Positions 29,031 through 40,885 of a DNA stretch of 64,000 bases are shown in pieces. The DNA is taken from the NCBI GenBank assembly GCA_963729605.1, contig CAVSNY010000007.1, positions 608,001-672,000 on the forward strand, in the 5' to 3' direction. This DNA is from an uncultured Gammaproteobacteria bacterium. Lineage in GTDB: Bacteria; Pseudomonadota; Gammaproteobacteria; DRLM01. The notes below the pieces were generated by a model, which had not been told where the DNA came from, searched no databases, and saw only the letters and a list, made by a program, of their open reading frames with translations. How positions within the stretch are numbered: position 1 is the first letter of the stretch; each line of letters starts with the position of its first letter. Position numbers and translations under genes: made by a program.

Positions 29031-29564
29031 ATGGCCAAGCAGACCACGACGCTGCACGGGGTGTTCATGGAAGTCATGGGCCTCGGCGTGTTGTTGTCCG
29101 GGGCCAGCGGGGTGGGCAAAAGCGAGCTGGCGCTGGAACTGTTGACGCGCGGCCATCGTCTTATTGCCGACGACGCGCCGATATTTTCCCGGCTGGCCGA
29201 GGATATGGTGGAGGGTGTCTGTCCACCGCCCCTGCACGATTTTCTGGAAGTGCGCGGTTTGGGCATCATCAATATCCGCGCGATGTACGGCGACGGCGCC
29301 ATTGCCGAGCGGGCGGTGCTGCAACTCATCGTGCATTTGCAGTGGCTGCGCGACGAGGAGTTGGTCAATCTCGATCGTCTGCGCGCCAGCAAGGATGACG
29401 TGAAGGTGTTGGGGGTCGCGGTGCCGCGTATCATGCTGCCGGTGGCGGCGGGCCGCGAACTGGCGGTGCTGGCCGAGGCGGCGGTACGCAGCCATGTGTT
29501 GGCGGTGAGCGGTTACGACGCGGCGGAGGATTTCGCGCAGCGTCAGCATCGTTACATGAGTTAG
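29031..29564 (+). CDS. hprK: HPr kinase/phosphorylase, short form (catalytic domain only)
   Basis: LHGV, GASGVGKSELAL, HRLIADD, LEVRGLGIINI. Confidence 0.87.
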   Translation: MAKQTTTLHGVFMEVMGLGVLLSGASGVGKSELALELLTRGHRLIADDAPIFSRLAEDMVEGVCPPPLHDFLEVRGLGIINIRAMYGDGAIAERAVLQLIVHLQWLRDEELVNLDRLRASKDDVKVLGVAVPRIMLPVAAGRELAVLAEAAVRSHVLAVSGYDAAEDFAQRQHRYMS

Positions 29565-29592
29565 GGCCGGTTAACGGACCCTAAAGGGTGAT

Positions 29593-30450
29593 ATGAAGCT
29601 AATCGTGGTCAGCGGCCTGTCCGGTTCGGGAAAAACCATCGCCTTGCAGGCGCTGGAAGACATGGGCATTTATTGCATCGATAATCTGCCCTTCAAATTG
29701 CTTCCGTCGCTGGCCACGCATATGCAAAACGCGGTACGTCTCCAGGAAAAGGACGCCGCGGTGGGCATCGACGCCCGCAATCTCGCCGACGACTTCGAGT
29801 CGTTTCCGGAGATCCTCGCCCAGGTGCGGGCGCAAGGCATCAAGTGCGAGATCATTTTCCTTACCGCCGATGACAATACTTTACTGAAACGATTCAGCGA
29901 GACCCGCCGCAAACATCCCTTGAGCAGCGCCAGCGTGCCGCTCAACGAAGCCATCAAGGCCGAGCGCGCCCTGCTGGCACCGGTGGCGTCGGATACCGAC
30001 TGGCATCTCGACACCAGCCATACCACCGTCCATCAATTGCGCGCCCTGGTCCGCGAGCGGCTGGGCCACAGCAACGAAAATCGGCTGTCCCTGCTGTTTC
30101 TCTCCTTCGGTTACAAACACGGCCTGCCGCCCGACGCCGATTTCGTGTTCGACGCCCGCTGCCTGCCCAACCCGTATTGGGAGCCGCGGCTGCGGCCGTA
30201 TACCGGCCGCGACCCCGAGGTCGTGACGTTTCTCGAGCAGCAGCCGGCGGTGATCCGCATGTACGACGGCATCCGCGCCTATCTCGAGGAATGGATCCCC
30301 GGCTTCGAGGCGGAAAACCGCAGCTATATGACCGTGGCGGTGGGGTGCACCGGCGGCTATCACCGTTCCGTGTATCTGGTGGAGCGTCTCGCCCGGCATT
30401 TTTCCGAACAGCGCGGGCCGGTGCTGGCCCGCCACCGGGAGTTGCCGTGA
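29593..30450 (+). CDS. rapZ: RNase adapter RapZ (YhbJ)
   Basis: SGLSGSGKT, CIDNLP, SETRRKHPL, SFGYKHG, GCTGGYHRSV. Confidence 0.95.
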   Translation: MKLIVVSGLSGSGKTIALQALEDMGIYCIDNLPFKLLPSLATHMQNAVRLQEKDAAVGIDARNLADDFESFPEILAQVRAQGIKCEIIFLTADDNTLLKRFSETRRKHPLSSASVPLNEAIKAERALLAPVASDTDWHLDTSHTTVHQLRALVRERLGHSNENRLSLLFLSFGYKHGLPPDADFVFDARCLPNPYWEPRLRPYTGRDPEVVTFLEQQPAVIRMYDGIRAYLEEWIPGFEAENRSYMTVAVGCTGGYHRSVYLVERLARHFSEQRGPVLARHRELP

Positions 30451-30842
30451 TGGTGGGGTTGCTCATCATCACGCATAATCAAATCGGTACGGCGTTGATG
30501 GAGACCGCGTCCCACACCCTCGGCATGTGCCCCCTGATGGCCGAGGTGCTGCCGGTGCTGGCCGATTGCGAACCCGAGGCCATGGTGCACAAGGCCCGTA
30601 AATTGGCCGTCAAACTCAACAAGGGCGACGGCGTATTGGTGTTGACCGATATGTACGGTTCGACGCCCAGCAATATCGCCGGGCGTTTGGCGGACGATCG
30701 CGGTACCATGGTGGTGTGCGGCGTGAATCTGCCCATGCTGATCCGGGTCATGAATTATCCCAGTCTCAGTCTGGCGGAGCTGGCCGCCAAGGCGGAAAGC
30801 GGCGGCCGCGACGGCATTTTTCCGTACGTACCTCAAATGTGA
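30450..30842 (+). CDS. PTS EIIA, mannose-type
   Basis: GLLIITH, LVLTDMYGSTPSN, GVNLPML. Confidence 0.88.
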   Translation: MVGLLIITHNQIGTALMETASHTLGMCPLMAEVLPVLADCEPEAMVHKARKLAVKLNKGDGVLVLTDMYGSTPSNIAGRLADDRGTMVVCGVNLPMLIRVMNYPSLSLAELAAKAESGGRDGIFPYVPQM

Positions 30843-30862
30843 TGCTAGCGTAAAGGCCAAGG

Positions 30863-31132
30863 GTGGAGCATAAACGGATCACCATCGTCAACAAGCTCGG
30901 TTTGCACGCCCGCGCGGCGGCCAAGTTCGTCACCCTGGCCTCGCGTTTTAAAAGCGATGTCCGGCTGGTGCGCGGGGAAAAGGCCGTCAGCGGCAAGAGC
31001 ATCATGGGCGTGATGATGCTGGCCGCGGCCAAGGGCACCGAACTGGAACTGATCATCGAAGGCGCCGACGCGGCGCAGGCCTTGCTCGAACTGGAACGCC
31101 TGGTCAACGAGCGTTTCGGCGAAACCGAATAG
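30863..31132 (+). CDS. ptsH: Phosphocarrier HPr/NPr
   Basis: NKLGLHARAA, GKSIMGVMML. Confidence 0.9.
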   Translation: MEHKRITIVNKLGLHARAAAKFVTLASRFKSDVRLVRGEKAVSGKSIMGVMMLAAAKGTELELIIEGADAAQALLELERLVNERFGETE

Positions 31133-31195
31133 AGCAATCTACGGCCGCCCCAACCGGGGCGGTCGGGCGGTGAGTGCGGAGGAGGCGTTGTCGAT

Positions 31196-32941
31196 ATGAC
31201 GCTGGCCTTGAATGGCGTCGGTGCCGGCAAGGGTGTGGCCATCGGCAGGGCCCGCCTTCTGCGTCGCGGTTATTTCGACATCAGCCATTACAGCGTCCCC
31301 GCGCATTTTCTCGCCGACGAGGTCGCCCGCTACCGCGCCGCCATCGCCGCCGTCAAGCGCCGCCTGGAGAGTACCCGCCGGCAAATCCCCAACGACACCC
31401 CGCTCGACATTTTCGCCCTGGTCGACGTGCATCTGATGATGACGGACGACAGCGCCTTCGCGCACGACCCGGTCCGTCTCATCGAACAGCATCGCTGCAA
31501 CGCCGAATGGGCCTTGCAGATGCAGCGGGAAATCCTGGTGCAGGCCTTTCACGCCATGGAGGATCCCTATCTGCGCGCCCGCGCCGACGACGTGGAACAC
31601 GTGGTCCGCCGCATTCTGTACGAGCTGGTGAATGACCGGCCGGAAACCGGCCAGACCGGCGACCAGCTGCGCGACGGCATCGTGCTGGCCGAAGACCTGG
31701 CGCCCGCCGACGCCGTGTTGCTGCAGCAGCACGGCGTATACGCGCTGATTACCGAGGCCGGCGGCGTCACCTCCCACACCGCCATCCTCGCCCGCAGCCT
31801 GGGTGTGCCTACCATCGTCGGGCTGCGCCATGCCCTGCATTATGTGCGTCACGACGACCTGCTCATCGTCGACGGCGAGCAAGGCCTGCTGGTGGTGGAT
31901 CCCGATGGCCGCACCTTGCGCCATTATCAACGCCGCCAGCAACAGGAGCGCCGTGCCCGCGCGGTGTTGGCCAAACTCACCGGCAAACCGGCGGTGACCC
32001 GCGACGGGGTGAAGATGGCGCTGCGCGCCAACGCGGAATTGCCCGAGGAATTGCAGGCGGCGCGCCGCAGCGGCGCCGAGGGTATCGGTCTTTATCGCAC
32101 CGAGTTTTTATTCCTGGATCGCGACGAACCGCCGGGCGAGGAAGAGCAATTCGAGGTGTATCTGCGGGTGGTGCGCGCGATGGAGGGGGCGCCGGTCACC
32201 ATCCGCAGCGTCGATCTCGGCGCCGATAAGGAAAACGCCGGTTTTGACTATGGGGCGGAAGGGGGTGTCCGCGTCAACCCGGCCTTGGGTCTGCGCGGCA
32301 TCCGCCGCTGTTTGAAAGACCCGGCGTTGTTGCGCGTTCAACTGCGGGCGATACTCCGCGCCTCGGCCCACGGCCCGGTGCAGTTGTGCATCCCCATGCT
32401 CACCGGCGTCGATGAACTGTCGCAAGTGCTGGCCTGGGTCGAACGGGTGAAACAGGAATTGGATGTCGCCGGTCTGCCCTATGACCGCGGCCTGCCGGTG
32501 GGCGCGATGATCGAGGTGCCGGCCGCGGCGCTGCTGGCCGACGGTTTCGCCAGTCGTCTGGATTTCCTCTCGATAGGCACCAACGACCTCGTGCAATACA
32601 CCCTGGCCGCCGACCGGCTCGACGAAGACGTGAGTTATCTCTACGATTCCCTGCATCCGGCGGTGCTGCGCTTGATCGATATCACGGTGCAGGCCGGCGC
32701 GCGGCGGGGCGTGCCGGTGGCGATCTGTGGCGAGATGGCCGCCGATCCGCGCCGCACGCGTCTGCTGCTGGGTTTGGGCCTGCGCGATCTCAGCATGCAT
32801 CCGGCCATGCTGCTGGAAGTGAAGCAGGTGGTGCGGCGCAGCGCGCTGGATAGCGCGCGGCGCTACGCCCGCGCCGCGCTCGACGCCGGCGATGTCCGCG
32901 AAGTGGCCGAGCTGGTCGAGCGGCTCAACGACCTGCCTTAA
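31196..32941 (+). CDS. ptsI: PEP-protein phosphotransferase (enzyme I)
   Basis: GGVTSHTAILAR, GIGLYRTEF, NPALGLRGIR, SIGTNDL, CGEMA; no GAF domain. Confidence 0.93.
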   Translation: MTLALNGVGAGKGVAIGRARLLRRGYFDISHYSVPAHFLADEVARYRAAIAAVKRRLESTRRQIPNDTPLDIFALVDVHLMMTDDSAFAHDPVRLIEQHRCNAEWALQMQREILVQAFHAMEDPYLRARADDVEHVVRRILYELVNDRPETGQTGDQLRDGIVLAEDLAPADAVLLQQHGVYALITEAGGVTSHTAILARSLGVPTIVGLRHALHYVRHDDLLIVDGEQGLLVVDPDGRTLRHYQRRQQQERRARAVLAKLTGKPAVTRDGVKMALRANAELPEELQAARRSGAEGIGLYRTEFLFLDRDEPPGEEEQFEVYLRVVRAMEGAPVTIRSVDLGADKENAGFDYGAEGGVRVNPALGLRGIRRCLKDPALLRVQLRAILRASAHGPVQLCIPMLTGVDELSQVLAWVERVKQELDVAGLPYDRGLPVGAMIEVPAAALLADGFASRLDFLSIGTNDLVQYTLAADRLDEDVSYLYDSLHPAVLRLIDITVQAGARRGVPVAICGEMAADPRRTRLLLGLGLRDLSMHPAMLLEVKQVVRRSALDSARRYARAALDAGDVREVAELVERLNDLP

Positions 32942-33004
32942 TTCCATTCGCAATCCCTTTTGCTTTTGCATACACTCTCGCAGCGTCGAGGGCGAGAGAT
33001 CATC

Positions 33005-34363
33005 ATGGGCGAGGCGGCGGAAAGGGCGGAACGCGAACACCATTTGCGCCGGTTTACCCAGGCGCTGGGCAGCGGTGCGCTCTCCAATGTCCGCCGCATG
33101 CTCAACAGTCTTCATCCCGCCGAGATCGCCCACCTCCTCGAATCACTGCCCGCCGATGAACGCAAGCTGGCCTGGGAATTGGTCCTGCCGGAGCACGAAG
33201 GCGATGTGCTGCTGCACGTCAGCGACAATGTTCGCGCCAGCCTGATCCGCGAGATGGCCCACCACGAGCTGGTGGCCGCCACCGCCGGGCTGGAGACCGA
33301 CGACCTCGCCGATTTTCTGCGCGACCTGCCCGGCGCGGTGGTGACCCAGGTCCTCCACTCCATGAGCGAGCAGGACCGCGAGCGCCTGCAAGCGGTGTTG
33401 TCCTACCCCGAGGATACCGCCGGCGGTTTGATGAACACCGACACTATCACCGTGCGGCCCGGCGTCACCCTCGACGTGGTGCTGCGTTATCTGCGTTGGC
33501 GCGCGGCCATTCCCGACATGACCGACAGCCTGATCGTGGTCAAACGCGACGACACCTACTTGGGCCTGCTGGTGATCAACGATTTGCTGACCAAGGATCC
33601 CGACCTCACCGTGGGCGAGGTGATGCTGCGCGACGTGGAACCCATCGACGCCATGATGCCCGCCAACGAGGTGGCCAATCTGTTCGAGCACCGCGACTTG
33701 ATCTCGGCGCCGGTGGTCGATGATCACGGCAAGCTGCTCGGCCGCATCACCATCGACGACGTGGTGGACGTCATCCGCCAGGAAGCGGACCACTCCTTGA
33801 TGAGCATGGCGGGTCTGTCGGAGGAGGAAGACCTCTTCGCGCCGGTGGGCCAGGCCAGCCGGCGCCGTGCGGTGTGGCTGGGGGTGAATCTCGCCACCGC
33901 CTTGCTGGCCTCGTGGGTGATCGGCCTGTTCGACGCCGCCATCGAAAAGGTGGTGGCGCTGGCGGTGTTGATGCCGGTGGTCGCCAGCATGGGCGGCATC
34001 GCCGGCAGTCAGACCCTGACGCTGGTGATCCGCGGCATGGCGCTCGGCCAGCTCAGCCGCGACAACGCCCGCGATTTTTTCAACAAAGAGCTGGCGGTGG
34101 GTGCGGTCAACGGGCTGATCTGGGCGCTGGTGGTGGCGGTGATCGCCGGACTGTGGTTCGAGGATATTTCCATCGCCTGGATCCTCGGCCTCGCCATGGT
34201 GGTCAACCTGATCACCGCGGCAGCGGCGGGCGCCACCATCCCGCTGTTGTTGCGTCGCGCCGGGGTCGATCCCGCGCTGGCGGGGTCGGTGGTACTCACC
34301 ACCGTCACCGACGTGGTGGGTTTCGTGGCCTTTCTCGGCCTCGCGAGTCTGGTGTTTTTGTGA
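33005..34363 (+). CDS. mgtE: Magnesium transporter MgtE
   Basis: YPEDTAGGLM, GRITIDDVVD, MGGIAGSQ, DPALAG...TTVTDVVGF. Confidence 0.95.
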   Translation: MGEAAERAEREHHLRRFTQALGSGALSNVRRMLNSLHPAEIAHLLESLPADERKLAWELVLPEHEGDVLLHVSDNVRASLIREMAHHELVAATAGLETDDLADFLRDLPGAVVTQVLHSMSEQDRERLQAVLSYPEDTAGGLMNTDTITVRPGVTLDVVLRYLRWRAAIPDMTDSLIVVKRDDTYLGLLVINDLLTKDPDLTVGEVMLRDVEPIDAMMPANEVANLFEHRDLISAPVVDDHGKLLGRITIDDVVDVIRQEADHSLMSMAGLSEEEDLFAPVGQASRRRAVWLGVNLATALLASWVIGLFDAAIEKVVALAVLMPVVASMGGIAGSQTLTLVIRGMALGQLSRDNARDFFNKELAVGAVNGLIWALVVAVIAGLWFEDISIAWILGLAMVVNLITAAAAGATIPLLLRRAGVDPALAGSVVLTTVTDVVGFVAFLGLASLVFL

Positions 34364-34437
34364 GGCCGCCCCGCGGTGTTTCAACGCGCAGTCCGCTTCG
34401 CTTTCTCGGCCTCGCGAGTCTGGTGTTTTTGTGAGGC
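34330..34437. repeat. Exact 37-bp direct repeat flanking a unique 34-bp insert
   Basis: CTTTCTCGGCCTCGCGAGTCTGGTGTTTTTGTGAGGC at 34330-34366 and 34401-34437; flanking bases differ on both sides. Confidence 0.95.
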
Positions 34438-34504
34438 GGTGAAGGCGCGGTCGCGCGATTTATCAACCCGGTATTGGTATTCAAACCAGACCTGATCGGA
34501 GCGT

Positions 34505-34655
34505 CCCCTCTCCCAACGGGAGAGGGTCAGGGAGAGGGGACGTTGATTGAATCGCTTCATTCACACTTTCTCCCCGTGCGGGGGGAGGGGCAAAATCGCC
34601 CGCGCCCTCTCTGATAGATGCGCGCACTCTCTCTCCCGCGCGGGAGAGAGAGAGG
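34505..34655. repeat. Cluster of three CCCTCTCCC/GGGAGAGGG-type intergenic palindromes
   Basis: CCCTCTCCC-AAC-GGGAGAGGG, TTCTCCCC-GTGC-GGGGGGAG and CTCTCTCTCCCG-CG-CGGGAGAGAGAG between convergent genes. Confidence 0.7.
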
Positions 34656-34729
34656 CGTAGTCGAAGTGCCCGGTTAATAGGCGGCGCGCTGCGTGGCGCC
34701 GGGCGCTGCGCCCCGGCCCATTCGAAGTA

Positions 34730-36706
<1,977 letters not shown>

Positions 36707-36830
36707 AAACGCAGCCGGAACTATTTCTCTATTGAGTACTCACTAGGGGGCGGCCTATTATAGGCCGCGTCGTCCGTGCCGCGGCGTCGTCAACAAGCAG
36801 CCGTCAATAACCAAAGCCGTCTTTATCGCC

Positions 36831-37793
36831 ATGAGCGAATCCACCTTGATCAGAGTAGAACATGTTTATCGTTACTACGGCGCCGCCTGCGCGCTGCACG
36901 ACGTGAGTTTCAGCGTCGGCAAGGGCGAGGTGCTGGGCCTGCTGGGGCCGAACGGCGCCGGCAAATCGACGACCATGCAAATCATCAGCGGCAATCTCGC
37001 GCCCAGCGCCGGCCAGGTGTGGATCAACGGCATCGACCTGCTCGACCAGCCCAAGGCGGCCAAGCTGGGCCTCGGTTATCTGCCGGATCAGCCGCCCTTG
37101 TATCGCGAACTCACCGTCGATGAATATCTCGCCTATTGCGCGCGCCTGCACCGCATCGCCGCCGCCCGGCGCCGCGCCGCCATCGACACCGCCAAGCAGC
37201 GCTGCGGCCTCACCGAGGTGGGCCACCGTTTGATCGGCAACCTGTCGAAAGGATATCAGCAGCGGGTCGGTATCGCGCAGGCGATCGTCCATGCTCCGCC
37301 GGTGGTGATCCTCGATGAGCCTACGGTGGGGCTCGATCCTTTGCAGATGCGGGAGATCCGCGCCCTGATCCGCGAGCTGCGCGGCGAGCACAGCATCATT
37401 TTGTCCACCCATATTCTGCCCGAGGTGCAGGCGGTGTGCGACCGGGTGCAGATCATCAGCGCCGGCAAGCTGGTGTTGAACGACAGCATCGAGGGACTAC
37501 AGCGGCGGATGCGGATCTCCAGCGTGATCCTGGGCGTGCGCCGTCCGCCGCCGCCGCAAGAGTTGCAAGCCCTGCCCGGCGTCGAGTCGGTGGAGACGCT
37601 CGAGCCCGGCCGCTTCCGCCTGCACTATCTTCCGGAACACAGTCCCGCCGAGACGGTAGCGGAACAGGCGGTGCGCAGCGGTTGGGGTTTGTATGAGTTA
37701 TCCCCCGAGCGTATGTCTTTTGAGCAGGTGTTCGTGGACATCACCCGCAGTGATCCCACCGAGCAGGCCTCGGCGGTGGAGGCGGTGTCATGA
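36831..37793 (+). CDS. ABC transporter ATP-binding protein (GldA-like)
   Basis: GPNGAGKST, LSKGYQQRVG, LDEPTVGLDP, STHILPEV. Confidence 0.9.
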   Translation: MSESTLIRVEHVYRYYGAACALHDVSFSVGKGEVLGLLGPNGAGKSTTMQIISGNLAPSAGQVWINGIDLLDQPKAAKLGLGYLPDQPPLYRELTVDEYLAYCARLHRIAAARRRAAIDTAKQRCGLTEVGHRLIGNLSKGYQQRVGIAQAIVHAPPVVILDEPTVGLDPLQMREIRALIRELRGEHSIILSTHILPEVQAVCDRVQIISAGKLVLNDSIEGLQRRMRISSVILGVRRPPPPQELQALPGVESVETLEPGRFRLHYLPEHSPAETVAEQAVRSGWGLYELSPERMSFEQVFVDITRSDPTEQASAVEAVS

Positions 37794-38545
37794 TTCTGCA
37801 TATCGCGGCCCTCGAATTGCGCCGTTTGTTTTTATCGCCGCTGGCCTGGTGCGTGCTGGCGGTGGAGCAGGTCATCCTCGCCTATTTCTTTTTGATCTCG
37901 ATCGACAACTATCTTCAGTGGCAACCGCGCCTGGCGGCGGTGGCCGGCGCGCCGGGCGTCACCGACATGGTGGTGGGGCCGCTGTTCGGCGACGCCGCGC
38001 TGTTTTTGCTGTTCGCCGTGCCGATGATGACCATGCGCTTGATCAGCGAGGAGCGCCGCGCGCAGACCTTGAGCCTGCTGTTCTCCGCGCCGGTGTCGAT
38101 GACCGACATCGTGCTCGGCAAATTTCTCGGGGTCACGGCGTTTTTTCTGATCTTGGTGGCGATGATCGCCTTGATGCCGCTGTCGCTGCTGGTCGGGGTC
38201 AATCTCGATTTGGGGGTGTTTTGGTCGGCGCTGCTCGGGGTATCCTTGCTGGTCGCGAGTTTCGTCGCGGTGGGCCTGTTCATGTCCACCCTCACCGTGC
38301 AGCCCGCCATCGCCGCGGTCAGCACCTTCGGCGTGTTGCTGTTGTTGTGGATCGTCGACTGGGTGGGCGGCGACCGGGCCGGGGATTACAGCGGCTTGTT
38401 CGCCTATCTGTCGCTGCTGCGGCATTACGAGCCTTTGCTCAAAGGCGTGTTCAATACCAGCGATATCCTGTACTACCTGTTGTTCATCGCCATGTTTTTG
38501 ATCTTGAGCATCCGCCGCCTGGATGCGGAGCGCTTGCAACATTGA
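37790..38545 (+). CDS. ABC-2 permease (GldF-like)
   Basis: Six TMs; PMMTMRLISEERRAQTLSLL. Confidence 0.85.
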   Translation: MILHIAALELRRLFLSPLAWCVLAVEQVILAYFFLISIDNYLQWQPRLAAVAGAPGVTDMVVGPLFGDAALFLLFAVPMMTMRLISEERRAQTLSLLFSAPVSMTDIVLGKFLGVTAFFLILVAMIALMPLSLLVGVNLDLGVFWSALLGVSLLVASFVAVGLFMSTLTVQPAIAAVSTFGVLLLLWIVDWVGGDRAGDYSGLFAYLSLLRHYEPLLKGVFNTSDILYYLLFIAMFLILSIRRLDAERLQH

Positions 38546-38600
38546 AGCGCATGAGTGTGTGTGCGGCGCAGCCATCGTTTGAGGAAGGTATGAGTTCACT

Positions 38601-39977
38601 ATGCAGGTGACGCCGAAATCGCGCCGCGCCACGCGGCTGCAGAATATCGTGTTTGTGTTGTTGCTGCTGATCGCGCTCGGTCTGTTGGCGTGGCTGAGCA
38701 CGCGTTTCAACTATCACGCCGACTGGACCGCCGACTCGCGCCGCTCCCTCTCCGAGGCCAGCGTGCAGTTGCTCGCCAAGCTGGAAGGGCCGCTGACGGT
38801 GACGGCCTTCGCCCGCGATGACCGCCAGTTGCGGCAGGGCATCAGCGATTTGGTGGGGCGTTATAAGCACTATAAGTCCGATATCAATTTGAGGTTCGTC
38901 AATCCTGACGCCGAACCGCAGCAGGTCCGCGAGCTGGGGGTGACCAGTGACGGCGAGTTGGTGCTGGGCTACGGCGAGCGCCGTGAAAATCTCAAACCTT
39001 TCGATTTGAATGAACAGGCGATGACCAATGCCTTGCAGCGTATGTTGCGCGCGGGCGAGCGCTGGCTGGTGTTTTTGGAAGGCCACGGCGAGCGGCGCGC
39101 CCATGCCGAGGCCAATCACGATGTGTCGCTGTGGGTGAAGGAACTGGAGAATAAAGGCTTCAAGGCGCTCTCGCTCAATTTGGCGGAGAACCCGGTGATT
39201 CCCGACAACACCACCGTGCTGGTGATCGCCAGTCCGCAGGTGAGTTTGTTGCCCGGTGAAGTCGAGGCGGTGAGCGACTATCTCGAGCGCGGCGGTAATT
39301 TATTGTGGCTGGGCGATCCCGGCCCCTTGCAGGGTTTGGAGCCGGTGGCGGCTCAATTGGGCGTGCATTTTCTGCCGGGCACGGTGGTGGATCTCACCAC
39401 CCAGTTGTTGGGTATACAAAGCGCGGCCATCGCCGCGGTGACCAATTATCCGCCCCATCCCATCACCCGCGATTTCTCTTTGCTCACGGTGTTTCCGCTG
39501 GCGGTGGCGCTGTCGTTGGAGCCGGGCTCGGCGTGGCAGGCGTCGGCCTTTTTACAGACCGGGACCGGCAGTTGGCTGGAGACCGGCAAGCTGGCCAATG
39601 AAGTCCAGTTCGATGAAAATCAGGATATCCGCGGACCGCTGACCCTCGGCGTGAGTTTGACCCGCGAACTCGGCGCGGCCGCGGGGAATGGAGCCCAAGG
39701 CGCGCGCCAGCAGCGGGTGGTGGTGGTGGGCGACGGGGATTTTCTCTCCAACCGCTACCTCGGCAATGTGGGCAATCTCGACATGGGCATGAACATCGTC
39801 AACTGGCTGAGCGCCGATGAACAGTTGATCGCCATCCCCAGCAAGACCGCACTGGATAGCGGTTTGACGCTCACGCCGCTGCAGTCGAGCGTGATCGGTT
39901 TCGGATTCCTGATGGGCTTGCCGGCGATTTTGCTGGGCAGCGGCCTGGTGATCTGGTGGCGCCGCCGTAAGCGTTGA
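38601..39977 (+). CDS. GldG-like ABC auxiliary component
   Basis: DWTADSRRSLS, FLEGHGER, VVVGDGDF, NWL; TMs at both ends. Confidence 0.85.
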   Translation: MQVTPKSRRATRLQNIVFVLLLLIALGLLAWLSTRFNYHADWTADSRRSLSEASVQLLAKLEGPLTVTAFARDDRQLRQGISDLVGRYKHYKSDINLRFVNPDAEPQQVRELGVTSDGELVLGYGERRENLKPFDLNEQAMTNALQRMLRAGERWLVFLEGHGERRAHAEANHDVSLWVKELENKGFKALSLNLAENPVIPDNTTVLVIASPQVSLLPGEVEAVSDYLERGGNLLWLGDPGPLQGLEPVAAQLGVHFLPGTVVDLTTQLLGIQSAAIAAVTNYPPHPITRDFSLLTVFPLAVALSLEPGSAWQASAFLQTGTGSWLETGKLANEVQFDENQDIRGPLTLGVSLTRELGAAAGNGAQGARQQRVVVVGDGDFLSNRYLGNVGNLDMGMNIVNWLSADEQLIAIPSKTALDSGLTLTPLQSSVIGFGFLMGLPAILLGSGLVIWWRRRKR

Positions 39978-40003
39978 ACCTGTGATGATGGAATGGGGGT
40001 GGA

Positions 40004-40882
40004 ATGAATAAACGGCAGGGGCTGAACATCGGCTTGGTGGTGCTGGTGTTGCTGCTCGCGCTGCTGGCGTGGTACGAGTCGGGCCGCGATAAGGCGCCGC
40101 CGCATCCCCCTTTGACCTCGCTGACGCCGGGGGCCGTCAATAAAATCGAGATCGTCCGCCGCGATCACGGCACCATCATTCTCACCGGCCAGGGTGATAA
40201 CTGGTGGTTGAAAGAGCCGATGCGCATCGCGGCCAATCGCTTTCGGGTGGAGAGTCTCTTGGGGGTGTTGACGACGGACAGCCTGGCGCAATTTCCCGCG
40301 GCGGGCAAAGATCTGGCGGCCTTTGGCTTGAAACAGCCCGCGGTGCGGGCGCGCTTCAACAACACGGAGTTGGTCTTCGGTGCGCTGACGCCGGTGGACC
40401 AGCGCCGTTATGTGCTGGTGGGCGACACGGTGCATCTCATCGTCGATAGTTATTTTTTCGATTTCGTCGCCGAGGCGTCGGATTTCGCCAGCCGTAATCT
40501 GGTACCGACCCGCCAGCGCATCGCCGGCTTGACTACCCCCGCGTTTCAATTGGAACAGGACGCCGAAGGCAAATGGGCGGTGCGGCCGGCGGATTATGCC
40601 TTGTCGGCCGATGCGATTCAGGCCGTCATAGAAGAATGGCAGCATGCCCAGGCCGTGAAGGTGGCCTTATACCGGTCCGCGCCGGCCCTCGGCAGTGTGA
40701 CGCTTACGCTGGCCGGTCAGCGGGGGGCGTTGCATTATGAGATCGCCGCGGAGGAGCCGGAGTGGATATTGGCGCGGCCGGAGGTGGGATTGGAATTTCA
40801 TCTGAGCGCCGAGCAGGGTCGGCGTTTGTTCGCGCGCGCCAACGGAGAGGGCAAGGGCGAACAGCGGGGTGCGAGCGAGTGA
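40004..40882 (+). CDS. DUF4340-like periplasmic protein
   Basis: N-terminal TM, DLAAFGLKQP; typical fourth gene of Gld-like ABC operons. Confidence 0.7.
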   Translation: MNKRQGLNIGLVVLVLLLALLAWYESGRDKAPPHPPLTSLTPGAVNKIEIVRRDHGTIILTGQGDNWWLKEPMRIAANRFRVESLLGVLTTDSLAQFPAAGKDLAAFGLKQPAVRARFNNTELVFGALTPVDQRRYVLVGDTVHLIVDSYFFDFVAEASDFASRNLVPTRQRIAGLTTPAFQLEQDAEGKWAVRPADYALSADAIQAVIEEWQHAQAVKVALYRSAPALGSVTLTLAGQRGALHYEIAAEEPEWILARPEVGLEFHLSAEQGRRLFARANGEGKGEQRGASE

Positions 40883-40885
40883 GTT

